From: Marsupella aquatica
Taxonomy: Eukaryota; Plantae; Marchantiophyta
DNA length: 64,000 nucleotides
Reading direction: 5' to 3'
NCBI GenBank assembly: GCA_973895155.1
Contig: OZ316899.1
Location: forward strand, 5,583,241 to 5,647,240
Made by a program: the position numbers and the translations under genes. Positions 1 to 11,880 of this stretch are shown piece by piece. Positions within the stretch are counted from its first letter, which is position 1; each line of letters begins with the position of its first letter. The notes below the pieces were generated by a model. The model saw only the letters and a list, made by a program, of their open reading frames with translations. It did not search any database and had not been told where the DNA came from.

Positions 1-244
1 GGTAACACAAAGGCTTTGAAGTCCGTGAGCCGGGGTCAACCCCGTGTTGACTAAGGTACGTTCTGGCGGCAGAACACAAACTATACCTAGGAGGTGTCTG
101 TACATAACAGTAAGCGCACTTAGCGCTAGTTTGCGTGAGTTAGGAGCATTTTGTGCGTCCCTCCCTGCCCGAACCCTCATATTTATGAAGGATGTGCCTG
201 TCTAAGCCAAAGCCCGGGTTCAGGTCTAGGCTGACAACGTGACA
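1..244 (-). mobile_element. Possible LTR terminus (TGTCACG... on minus strand) interrupting the ORF to its right
   Basis: Plus strand ends ...CGTGACA at 244. The coiled-coil character of ORF 183..617 stops at this point. TATA-like ATAAATATGAGGG on the minus strand near 175-188. The other end is outside the window. Confidence 0.35.
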
Positions 245-1432
245 GGTTGGCCTCCAACAAGCCAAGGGCTGGTACATGAATAGCCTCCTGAACACTGGTA
301 ACTACAACATTCAATAATTTCTGGATCTTCAGGTGTTTCTCCAACTTCTTCTGTGCAGCATCCAACTGGTCCACCAAAGAGTCAATCTTCTGTCTGTAAT
401 TGAAGGCTTGATCCTCCAAGTCCCAGATCCGCTTCTTAGCTTGACTCTTAATCACCATGTCTAGAGTGGAAACAATAACAACCGGACTGCAGTTGAGCAT
501 CTCAGCAACCGTCCCAACCAGATCCTCAAGTTGCTTCGCTTTTCCGGTTGCACTCTCCACGAAAGTCTGGACATGCTCCAGCTCTGCTGATGCCGTCCAC
601 TTTGAACAGGGGGTCACGCCCGGAAGACTTCCTCTACTTTTCGGTCTCCGGATAGGTTCCGGATCTTCAACAAGATCCGGTTCCGGACTCTACACAAATC
701 TCTTTTGCGTCCTGGGGGGTCGCACTTCCACAACCGGTTCTTCTTCTGATTCAGTCCCCTCATATGGCTGTCGATCCGGATCTCCAAGTTGAGCCAACAT
801 GGCTTGATTCTCATACTCCTTTGCTTCTTCATTTGTAAGGATCCGGTCCATCGCGTAAATATTGGCTAGATAGCAAGAAAGGGATGTGGGGGTCTTCAAA
901 TGAAGATTCCGGACCTGGTTGGCTATAACTTCCTCCAAAACTTTGGCCCAGGAAAGAAGTGGGAGAAAAAAGGACAGAACGTCGTAAAACTCCTCATTAC
1001 AGCATTGAGACACCTTCCAGCCATCTTTCGGGTCAACTTCTCCATCAAAATAGTTATCCTCAAAGTCATTCTTGGAGGTCAAGAAGCCTTCTCCCTTCAA
1101 AGGCACATCCAAAAGCGACGAGATAACTGTTGCAGTCCACTTTTCTGGTTTGGCTTGAATCAAATCCGGAAATTCCGAAGCAAGGGTTGTACGATTCCGG
1201 ACCTCTTTCACAAATACTGCACTCTGGTATCCCCATGGCAACTCCATCAACTTTTCACAACCCATGTCTCAAGGTTCTTCTGCAAGCGGTCCTTCCGTGC
1301 CAAATCCGTGGGAATCTCCGATCGTAGTGGCTTTTCATTCACAACGACTGTGCGCTCCTTGGTCGTCCGCTTTGGTAGCGTCCGGATTCCAGATTTTTTC
1401 AGGGCAAAATCCAGGTCCTTTCTCTTCACCAT
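245..1432 (-). pseudogene. Frameshifted retroelement accessory ORF (plant-transposon-like domain, acidic linker, coiled coil)
   Basis: ORFs 1247..1432, 690..1265 and 183..617 chain on the minus strand. Motifs LMELPWG..FVKE..WTATVI..VP..G..F..KDGW..C..F.DVLSF align by eye with the LTR-encoded ORF (44659..45579) and with 57068..57363. Confidence 0.55.
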
Positions 1433-1948
1433 GATTAGGAGATGGAGAGAAAGAATCCAATTAAAATCCCTTCAAAATCCAGAGTTCCCAAATCCAGAAA
1501 TCTCGATCAAGTCGCAAACTTCCCCTCTCAATCGAACGATCACCCACTTCCCCCGTAACCAACTTCCTTTCAACTAATGCCTCAAAATGGCAGCCTCGTC
1601 CGGCTCTAATCTCTCCTGTGATTACTTGCAAAAGATTTCCACAGCAATTCGGTGGTGTGAGGAATGCTCGGTCTGGCGGGGTCTTAAGAACTCGGTTGCC
1701 AACTTCCGGTCTCCGGTCAAACGTCAGACTTATGGTTTTAATATTCATTCTCCCACGCCTTCTCGCATGGCGCAACGGTGCCGTTACTTAAGAGTTTCAA
1801 AAAGTGTGCTATCCGGATAGTTCCGGATTTGATATTGCAAATTAGTTTGTTATGGTCTTTTCCGGTCAAAGGATACTCCGTTACCCACAAAAAGTTGGAT
1901 TTTTTTTTTAAATTGCACTTTTTAATGTCCTTAGTTATAACCATGGTA

Positions 1949-2564
1949 TCACAAGCTCGCTACGCCTGCTTCCTCCAGGGGGTCTACTTGGTATGTGAGA
2001 GGCAGCCCTCCTACCCTGGGAAGATCAAACATTGCGCAGAGCTTTTGGTTGGAGAAAGTATAAGTCTTTCCCCGGTACGTAATAAACATCCCCTCGGGTG
2101 ACACTATTATCTTAGTGATTTGTGAATAGATTTCTCCTCCTTGAGATGTTGATAGATAGCGGTCCATTTGGACCAAGCCGTAAATCCTGGCTTTGTCAAG
2201 TATTGGTCGACTCTCCTCAATACGTTGGACCTCCGTAATGGAGTTGCAGATCTTCTCTTTGGCTGACAGGGCTCCCTTCTTGTTCTTGGCCAAGGGAACC
2301 TCTGCTCTTTGTGCTCCTACCACTTCCATTTTTGCTTGATGTAAGTGAGGAGTGAGTGGATGGTGCGGGTGATTGCCAAGTGCTCTCGTAAGGGGGAGGG
2401 GTGGTTTGTTGAGCATTCTGATGCATTGTGGGATGAGAACTAGCCCGCCCCTCTGCCTTAAGCTCAAATGTGGTGCCTCTTTGGTTTGTGGACGTCCGGA
2501 AGAATGGGACGGTTGTTGTCTCGTAATCGTGAAGTGCCTCGGTCAAGCGGCCCAATTCTGACAA
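1949..2564 (-). pseudogene. Second degenerate accessory ORF (low-complexity N-terminus, then a plant-transposon-like motif)
   Basis: ORFs 2217..2564 and 1949..2467 overlap in different frames. ITYRGKTYTFSNQKLCAMFDLPRVG fits the V.G..i.fs...i...f.LP..G pattern of PF20167-type proteins (by eye). Confidence 0.35.
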
Positions 2565-2841
2565 TCCTAATCATGGCGTTATTCTGGTGGCGCTCATAAT
2601 TGCCCCTTTACTCATGACTTGGTAAAGGTATGGTACCTACGTGGTTGTGTACACAACTTCCTCTTCCTTTGTTTGGCGGCGGTATCTTAAGTACATATTA
2701 TGGCTATCCTAACCGTATTATGGTAATAATGGTGCTTTACTGAAAGAAACAAAAAAGATGGGGTCCGCACATAGTGAGAAAGCTATTATGGCTGTTTTGG
2801 AACCTTGTGATTTTTTCTTCCCTTTATGATTTTGAGAAAGA

Positions 2842-5800
2842 ATGGCAGTCAAGGTAAGAAATCTTGATGATGGGAAGTTGAAACTTGAGAGCAAGAAGGC
2901 AGAATTTGATAGCATTAAGGGACCTTTTAGTGAACTTGTTCCTACCCTTTCTTTTTTAGAAAAGGCTTGGCTTACACTTACAAGGAAGTATAGAGAAGAG
3001 AGTAACAAAGTGGAGGCTAAGAAATTACCCACTATTAGTGGGAAGCTTGACCCTGGTTATGATAGTGCTTACAATTGGGCTAGAGTGTATGATACCACAC
3101 TTACTAACATCAATAAGTCTTTGGGTTGGGGAGGAAAGTCCTACTTGGAATCATTTTGGGCAAGAGCTTGTACAGAAGTTGAGATAGAGGTAAGAGGTGT
3201 TGATGGACCATTGAGAGCTTTGATTGATTCAGGTTCAGAGGTTAATCTGATGTCAATGAGAGTTATGATGAAGGGAAGCTCTTGGTGGATTGAGATATTG
3301 AGTGGGGAGTGAATGGTATTAACAGGGAGCAGAATACTTTGCGGGGGGCTTGTCCTGGTGTAACAACTAGGATTGGCAACATTGTAGAAGCCACAAACAT
3401 TTTTGTGCATGTTAACCTTCCTTATTTGGTCATACTTGGGCCGCCATTCATCACTGAAATGAGAATGGAAACCAAGGTTTTGGATGATGAGACTCATTTT
3501 GCTAAGATTTGTAGTAGGGATGGGCTAAGGATAGTTCAGTTCCCTACTTGTCATCCAAGCCAAAAGAGGCACCGCTGTGAGTTGAAAGAAACTGAACAAA
3601 GGATGGATTTCAGTTAGGTACCTTGTCTGATACATCGGATGGGCAAGGTGCCGGTTTCATTTCTCCGTCTTTTGATGTTAGTATTGACCAGTTGTTTGCA
3701 AGTTCTTTTTGTGGGATTTCAAAGTGTAGTCAAGTCTGGTTTTTGAGTAAAGATGATTGTTTAGGTGTAGGGAGTCAAAAGCTGAAAAAGAAAGAAAAGT
3801 CCATGTTGCGTGTAGGAGAGTTGGTTGCTGATGAAGAGATCCTTGGTTTATATGATGAGTATGGCAATGAGCCATCTTTTGTACATATTTTGAGAGATAT
3901 TGCTAAAGGTGAGAGTGAGATAGAGGTAGGAAGAGAATTCTATGGAGAGATGACTCATTTGTTGGGGCCTGCTGTAAGTATCCACACAAAGTACAAAACA
4001 GTGGAACAAAAGGTTCGTCCCGCAGCTGTTCCATTACCACCTGAGGCTAGGGAGATGATTGAGAGTGCAAGTAGAGAGCCTTGCTTAAGACCTTCAGAAG
4101 ATATTGGGCATGTGTTTACAAAAGAGACATTGGCAAGCTTGAAGATAGGAGGTGATGGGCTATTGACGGATGTGGAGATTTCAGCTTTTAGAAACATGGT
4201 AAGGGTGCATGGAAAGGCATTTTCTTTTGTGTTGGAGGAGATAGGATGTGTCAACCCAAGTGATGTGGCTCCTATGATTATCTTTTATGTTCCTCATATC
4301 CCTTGGGATCTCAAGCCTTTACCAGTATCTAGGGTTATGCTTCCAAAGGTTATTGATTTGTTGAAAGAGAAGATTAAGGCTAGAATTCTTGAAAAGTCAG
4401 ATGCTCCATACTCAAATCATTGGTGTACTGTTAAGAAAAAGAATGGTAAGATGAGATTAATTCAAGATATGCAACCACCTAACAAGATGACCATTAGGAA
4501 TGTAGGGACTAGACCTGTTGTTGATAAGTTTACTGAAGAATTTGCAGGAAGGGCTATCTATTCCATTCGTGACTTGTTTTCAAGCTATGACCAATTTCAA
4601 TTGGCTGAAGGAAGTAGAGACATCACCACCATGAGGACACCACTTGGAGTTTTGAAGATGTGCACTTTGCCACAAGGTGCTACTAACTCAGTTGCTCACA
4701 TGCAGATGCAATGAACAAAATATTACAAGCATTCATTCCTGAGAAAACTTGACCTTTTCTTGACAATATCCCCATCAAGGGATGCAAGGAGGGAGAGAAG
4801 AATGAGAGTGTGAAGGGTGATGGGCTTCATCAATTTGTGTGGGAGCATCTCCAAGATGTGGCAGCAATTCTTAAAGCGGTTGATAGAGGTTGGGATCACC
4901 TTGTCAGGAGAGAAATCAACATTTGGTCTTCGTGAGATTGTGGTAGTAGGGCACAAGTGTGGGCCTTATGGGAGATTATCTGACCAAACCAAGGTTAATG
5001 TTATTAGGGAAATGAGTGCATGTGAGAATGTGAGTGAAATAAGGAGGTTCATTGGAGCTTGTGTCTTCTACCGGATTTGGATCCCTCACTTTGCCCACAT
5101 TGCGGATCCATTGTATGAGTTGTTAAGAAAAAAGATGAGGTTTCATTGGAGTGATGAGTGTGAGAGAGCTATGGCAAAGCTCAAGGAGTTGCTGATAAGT
5201 CCACCAATTGTGAGGCCACCAGACTATGGTTGTGAAAGAGCAATTGTTCTTATTGCAGATTCAAGTCCTTTGGCAGTGGGATGGGTACTTGGTCAAGATG
5301 ATGAAGAAAGTAGGCCATTTGCAGCTAGGTTTGGTGCCAAGATTTTCAATGAGAAGCATTGTAGGTATCCACAAGTCAAGCGTGAGCTTTGGGGAGCAAA
5401 GTGTGCGCTCAAACAAGAAAAAGATTACTTAACTGATAGGAGTGTATGTAGTTCTTTAGACCGATTGTCTTCCTTTGCTTGGAATGATTGCCAATTGTGA
5501 TACCCCTGATATTGCCATGCTTAGATGGATAGCCTTCATTCGAATGTTCAATCCTCAGTTAGAGCATATCATGGGAAAGGACAATCCGGTGGTAGACATG
5601 CTTTCAAGAGCTAGGTTTGAAGATTGTGAGTCATGTGTGAATATAGATAAATGTGTGTGTGTGTTGCAAGTCAACAAAAATGAGCGTTTGAGAGAGTTTG
5701 AAGTGTTGGAATTTAAGTCAGATCTATATCCAGCTGAGTTTTGTAGTAATAGGGGAGTACCTGAGTACCTTGAAAAAGAAAAATGAGTGGAGTCGAGAGG

Positions 5801-7110
5801 ATTTTGAGAGAGTTAGAAAGAAGGCCTATGGTTTTTTTCTTAGAGATGGATACTTGTGGAAGTGACCAAAGAAGCAAGGGCATTTACCTTTGAGAGTTGT
5901 TGGTGATGATGCTACACGGCAAATTGTTCTAAAGGAGTGCCATGATTTTGAGGCTTCAGGTCACAAGGGAGTTCAAGCTACCTATGAAAGACTTTAACAA
6001 TTCTATCGGTGGCCTTGAATCTACTTAGATGTTAGAGCTTATGTTGAGACTTGTGAGGTTTATCAATTTTACTCAAAGATCAAACATCGGGATGGTCTTA
6101 ATCCAACTCATCCATTATCTTTGCATTTTCAGTGGGTGCTTGACATTGTACATATGCCGAGAGGAGCTAGAGGAGCAAAGTTCTTGGTGCTTGCTAGAGA
6201 GGATCTGTCATCATATGTAGAGGGTAGAGCTCTTGTGTCAAACAAGAGTGAGAGCATTTGTAGATTTGTATTAGAGGATATTGTGGCTAGGCATGGCTGC
6301 TTTTATCAAATGAGAGCGGATAGGGGTGAGTTGAATTCAGAAGAGGCTCAAGAATTCTTTGCTAAGTTCCATATTAAGCTTAAGCTGACTACTGCCTACA
6401 ATCCAGAGGGGAATGGGAAGAGTGAGAGAGTACATCCACCAATAGTGATTGTTTTAGTTAAATCTTGTAGAGGAAAGGCATCTCTATGGCCTAACTTTTT
6501 GCCGCTTGCACTTATGGCGGATAGGATCACATGTAGTTCAGTTACTGGTTTTGCTCCAGCTGAGTTGGTCTCCGGACATCTACCTTTGATGCCTATGGAG
6601 GAGGATGTACTTAGTTGGAGATCTATTGAGTGGAAAGATGAGGTTTCAAAAGATGAACTCTTAGCAAGGAGGATTGAGCATTTCAGTTTGACACCAAGTA
6701 AGATTGATGAAGCATTGGCCAAAGTGAAGAAGGCAAGAGAGAATAACAAGGAGAGATTTGATGGGAAGAAGTGACTTAGGCGTATTCAAATTCAAGAAGG
6801 AGATTGGGTTCTAATTTCAGATGAGAGCTTGATGAACCAACATTCTACTCATTGGAAGTTTGACTTGAGGTGAAGTGGACCATATGTTGTGATGGAGGTA
6901 AGGGCAAATGCTACCTACAAAGTTTGAGAGCTTGATGGTGCTTCCCATGCGCATCTCTATGCTGGAAAGAGGGTCAAGTTGTTTAAAAGGAGATATCAAT
7001 ACCTTGATGATGAGGATGAGGGGACTTTTTTGGAAGAAGTAAGTGATTTTGAAGATAAAGAAAGCAATTCGCCTTACAATGAGGGTGACAAAGATGATGA
7101 ATGACATTGT
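2842..7110 (+). pseudogene. pol: Ty3/gypsy pol pseudogene (protease-RT-RNase H-integrase); gag and 5' LTR missing
   Basis: ALIDSGSEVNLM protease; KYKTVEQKVRP, DLFSSYDQF and LPQGATNS in RT; ADSSPLAVGWVLGQ and NPVVDMLSR in RNase H; HHCC zinc finger at ~5935-6075; rve core LDIVHMP..RADRGE..NGKSER; GPY at ~6878. Many stops and frameshifts. Confidence 0.95.
3605..3652 (+). promoter_or_regulatory. Putative programmed -1 ribosomal frameshift signal between protease and RT
   Basis: G_GAT_TTC in zero-frame register, 5-nt spacer, then stem GGTACCTTG/CAAGGTGCC. The zero frame stops at TAG 3615-3617. The -1 frame is open into the RT ORF (3623..4714). Confidence 0.7.
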
Positions 7111-7154
7111 GGTGTGGAGCATGCCAGAGGCTACTCAAGTTTGGTGTGGGTGGA

Positions 7155-7375
7155 TGTCATGAGGTTTTCTTCCTTAAGGAGAAATCCTCATGTTTGGTTT
7201 GTGTAAAAGAAGAGAAAGAAAAAGGATAAACATGCAACTTTTGCATTTTTATGGATAGATAAGTGAAAAATGGTATTATGAGAGTAGTTTTGAGTCAATG
7301 AGAAGTTGGTTGGCGGGTCCTATATGGCTAAATTCCATTGGTGTTCCTTTTTCCAATGAAGTTGAGTTTGACAAA
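7155..7375 (+). mobile_element. Start of the 3' LTR of the truncated gypsy element
   Basis: G-rich tract GTGGGTGGA then TGTCATG, the same start as the 3' LTR of the relative at 34301 (minus). Terminal palindrome CATGAGG..TCCTTAAGGA..CCTCATG. Confidence 0.5.
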
Positions 7376-9594
7376 TGTCACGCGATTGACATGGGTCTCA
7401 ACACCAAAACCGTCACTATTGGGTGCCAAAACCATCTCCTTGAATGTACCTGAGGATCACGAAGGGATGTTGTGAAGACCGGTAAACATCAATTTATGCC
7501 CTTAACACCAGACTATCATAGCAAGACTCTGTCACACATCACCCAAGCTCAATCCCTAGGAACCAAGGTTGGGAATCAGATCTCATGCTCATGATAGTTC
7601 TGGTGAGAAGGGGTATTCATATCGGGCCCTACACACAGGGCCTAGCGCTACGGTGCGCATATGTCTATACGTATGCTTATTGTCATAGGTATATTTCTAT
7701 TCCGCCGCCGGAATGTACCCATAAACCAGTGACTCCTGACTGATTCCCGGCTTAGGGACTTCTAAGCCATTGCCCCACCACTCTGCCATTCCACTCTCAG
7801 CAATCAGAGCTGTGACATCCCTCACCCAACCCACTTGGCACCCGATACACCTCTCAGTGGCACTGCTAGTCCCATCATACACTCAGATTGCCTCACACAC
7901 ACACACATCCATGAGAGAAATGAGGCCTGAGAGGAAAACTCAATTAGATTCAAAGATGTGCACAATAGTTCACTAAGAACACTTGATCCGAACACTAGGC
8001 CTGAAGGCTGTCTCCTCCAGATTGCAACGTGCTTGCCCCGCAAGCTCAATCCTGAACCTGAGCCCGGCTCACTCCAGATTGCGATGGCAAATTGGACTCG
8101 AACCAATCCCCTACTTGCCTTGCAAACTCAATCCTGAACTCCACCTCTTTCACTGCACTTCATTCTTGGGGGCACGTACAGATCTCACACCTCCATTTTA
8201 GAATGTCAAGTACGCATGCACAGTTGACTCGACTTCAAAGCTGGTACCAGGCCTAACGGCGATCTACCCCAGACTATAATGAGGCCCGGCCTCATGCTTG
8301 CCCTGCAAGCTCAGCTCTGGCCATAAATCCCTTAGTGCTCTTCTACCAGACAAAGGCCGGGACTCCCCATGGATCACGTAGCCTTGCCAGACTAAACTGT
8401 AAATGCTCCTCCTGCTGCCCCTCAATCAGTATCTCAGCCTCCCTAATGTGCTCACCCCAAATCACATTGAAATCCTCCCCACAGTTTACAATCACCAACA
8501 CGTTACTTATCACCAAGGCTCTGTATCGGGGGACAAGAACCCAGTTGTGTTGCCTACTAGAAAGAGCCACAATCCAACTTGCAAACCTGGCCAACTTTTG
8601 TTGTGAAGCGTGGCTGATTACTCCCTGAGTAATAGCACAACCAAGCTCTCCCCAACACATAGCTTCCAAGCCCAGCCTTCCTTGCACAGAGCTCCTCCCT
8701 GCTACTCAATCTACGTGAGATCACACAACTGAAGTTCCCCCCCCCCCCCTTGCCTCTACCGGGGGGCTGCTCTATATACTCTCATACTGAGCCCAAATGG
8801 GTGGATACTACGTTGCTGGAGCCCCATCCCAGCCCTAACAGAGCCACCACTATCTCTAACTACTGAACCCTAACTCGCAACTTTATTTCTATCTCGAATT
8901 GGCTATGTACTTCGGATTTGGCCCTCCTCCATGGTTTTTGTGAGCTTGCACCTCCTCTCCTGATTTCTCTATTCAACCATTTGCTGTGTGGATAGCAGCA
9001 TTGGAAGCGGCTTGAGCTCCTCTTTCCAACGAGGTCAATTATAACCGATTTGGTCAAATACACAGAGAGTTATGCCCCCACAACCGAGAGAGGGTACTCA
9101 CTGCTGCGCTAACCCGAGTTTGGCTAACCTAGCTATCCTATCTAACCCGAGTAGAGCTAACCGATGGTCTCGGGTTAGGCCGCTACCCACTATCCGCTAA
9201 CCTAGGCTAAGCTGAGCCCGAACCCGAGCTTGCCTATGCTAACCCGAGCCCGAGTTTAGGCTAACCCAAGTTCAGTCTAACCCGGGATCAATCTAATCCG
9301 AATCCGAGTTAAGCCTAAGCTGAAGCTGTGCTGACCTGAGCTAAGCTGAAGCCGTGCTTACCTAAGCTAAACCGTGACCGAGCTTGGGTTAACCCGAAAC
9401 TGAAGCCGAATCCGCTAATTCCGGCCACAAGTTAACCCGTCACACTAATCAGGCCGTATCTTCCTTAATACACCTCCGTTTCCCGAGTGTTTTATATCGA
9501 TTTTACTCGCCTTGACCAGATCTTTCCAATGCTCTTTACATATCCGGATTTGGTAACATATTGAAAGAGATATGGTCACCGACCACCCGTGACA
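7376..9594 (-). mobile_element. Putative 2.2-kb solo/recombinant LTR
   Basis: Bounded by 7-bp inverted termini TGTCACG...CGTGACA. TATA-like GAGTATATAGAG on the minus strand near 8770-8782. No TSD (ACAAA vs TAGCT) and no PBS. Confidence 0.4.
9108..9440. repeat. Degenerate minisatellite of GCTAACCCGAG-like units
   Basis: Dense recurrence of (G)CTAACC(C)GAG and CTAAGCTGA motifs. Confidence 0.75.
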
Positions 9595-11880
9595 TAGCTT
9601 TTATTTCCCTACTCTTAACGCCATGATTGCCCTTATTCTTGTCATCTTGCTAATTGTTATGCAATATCAATAGCTACTCCTTGCATACAACAACCTACTT
9701 AATCAGATTACAGAATAAGGACCATGTCATTGGCGTCACAACAAAAATGGACCAATGACAAAGAATTTTTTGCATTTCTTACTATATTTAGTAACGGGAA
9801 AATAGAGTGAATTGGCGAGATTATTTGTCGATCATTGACGTCATCAACGGTAATTTGGGTCTAATGGTTGTGATGATGAAGTGACTTTCATTTGTTGCAT
9901 ACTTGGCTTAGTCTTAGCCATTTATTTATCATTTGATTGTCATGGGGCTTATTTTGGAGATAGAGAGTTATTTTGAAGGGTTAAAACCCTGATTACTTGT
10001 TTGAATGGTGTGGTGGCGGCTTGGGGTTTGAGTATGGAAGGGGTAGGTCATGCAAGGCATGTTGGCTGCCCCCTACTTGCTCAAACTTAATTATGGTTTA
10101 CTATTGGGTTACAATCATAACGGTGACAGTTTTAGATTTGCAAGCAACTCAAGAGGAGACAAGTGTTGGTATTGACATGGCTAAGGGTGAAGCTCAAGCT
10201 TGAGTATGACAACTGAAGCTAGGAGACAAGATCGAGCCTTGCCTTGGTGGTGAGCTGTTGTTGTGGAGGATAACCAGGTGGTTGAGTTCATAGAGGGGGC
10301 AAAAGCTAGTTGGACTGCAAGTTAGGCCTTGATAGGCTTGGAGGGTGATTGGAGCTTGAGTTCAGGTTGAATTGAGATTGGTCAATGGTTTTGTTGTTGT
10401 CTGGTCCCTATTTGCTCAATATTCACTTGGATTTAGTGCCTGGTTTATGGTGGAGAGGTGGCGGGCAGTTGTTGGGTTGCTAGTGAATTGTTGCCAAGTG
10501 CTTGGTTGGTGTGAAGTGGGCTGGAGGAGAAAGTTGTGAATTCCGATGAGGGAGGCAGGTCAGGGGCTTAAGGGAGAGCTTGGAGGGAATGAGGAAATCA
10601 TTCTTCATTCTCACTTTTCTCAGAGTTGAGAGCATGGAGGTGGGGAAGAGAGATATTGCCATGATTGTGAGTAAAAGAGCCATAACTCCTCTCTTCTAGG
10701 TGCCTAATGTTTGAAGGGTCTAGTTGAGAGTTGGGAGGTAGTTTCTTTGATGGAAGAGGGACCTGGGGAAGTAGATGTGAAGGAATTGGGCTTATGTGTG
10801 CTTGGAGGTGTGTTGCCTAACCTTGAGTGCAGCTGCCTTGGTAATTGACTTGTTCATTCACCTACCGGTGTAGACTTGTCTTGCCTTGGAGGTCTGTGTA
10901 GTTTGGAAGGGGCACCTTCGTTGCAATCCTTACCCAATATCTAGAACATTGAAGGAAAGTGGAAATTATTGGCTTCACTCTTGTGCGGAAGCGCTGACCA
11001 ATTGTCCACTCAGTTTGGGAGAAAGAAACATTGAAGGATATATGATAAGTAAGGAGTATGGAAGGGGAAGAGCTCTTCTCCATGGTTGAGGTTTTGCTTT
11101 TTTGAGAATTGAAGGTTTTGAAGTTGTTATGATGGTGTAGGACAAGTCAGAGTAGATAGGCTAATTCAAAGTCTTGTTTTTGATAGACTTGTTGGAGGGG
11201 TTGAGATGCAATCTTATACATACTACTTGGTGTTACTTCCTAGGAGGGTCTTGATGGAGACCTACTTTTGACTTAGAAAAACCTATAGTTATATTAATTT
11301 GATTATTGAGGAGAAGTTGTCCTCAATTTTGTAAATGAATGAGTTACTTTGCTTTGGCTATGGATGAGGTGGATAATTTTGTGATGCTTGATTGATTAGA
11401 AGCCTTGTTGCTTAGAGTTGTCTTGTTGGTACGCCCTCACCAGCATGATGAACCGTCCGCTTATCCCTAGTAACTGCATACATTACCATATATATTCATG
11501 TGACACTCGGTCAAAATCCTTCTCAAAATCTAATTTCAGGAAAAGCGCCTCTCTCCTCCTATTGTGTACCCAGTCACAGGCAAGCCAGACTAGGGATATG
11601 TTTTCTAAGATGTGTCATCCATGGATGAATCCAGTCTATTGCAGACTGATAATCAAGTGAAGGATTGGTTTTAATCACAAGGCAAGGATCTTGGCAATTA
11701 GCTTGTATATCGTATTTAACATCGTCAATGGGCGCCAGTCACTTAAGAATTGTTTGTCCGGTTGTGTGATGCCTAGCCGGAATCACTAGGCCAATTTAAA
11801 TGGTAAAATCGGGAGTGTACCTTGGAAACACATTAGTATAGTAACAAAAACAAGGAAAATATAAACAATTAAGGGTGACT

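Noticed and set aside
900-1577. 225-aa plus-strand ORF, and similar antisense ORFs such as 39136..39696, 58898..59389 and 12212..12652
   Set aside because: Shadow frames opposite recognisable TE coding sequence, with no motifs.
9600-11760. Additional decayed copies of the accessory domain (also ~32250-32580)
   Set aside because: Only faint motif echoes amid many stops; not supportable by eye.
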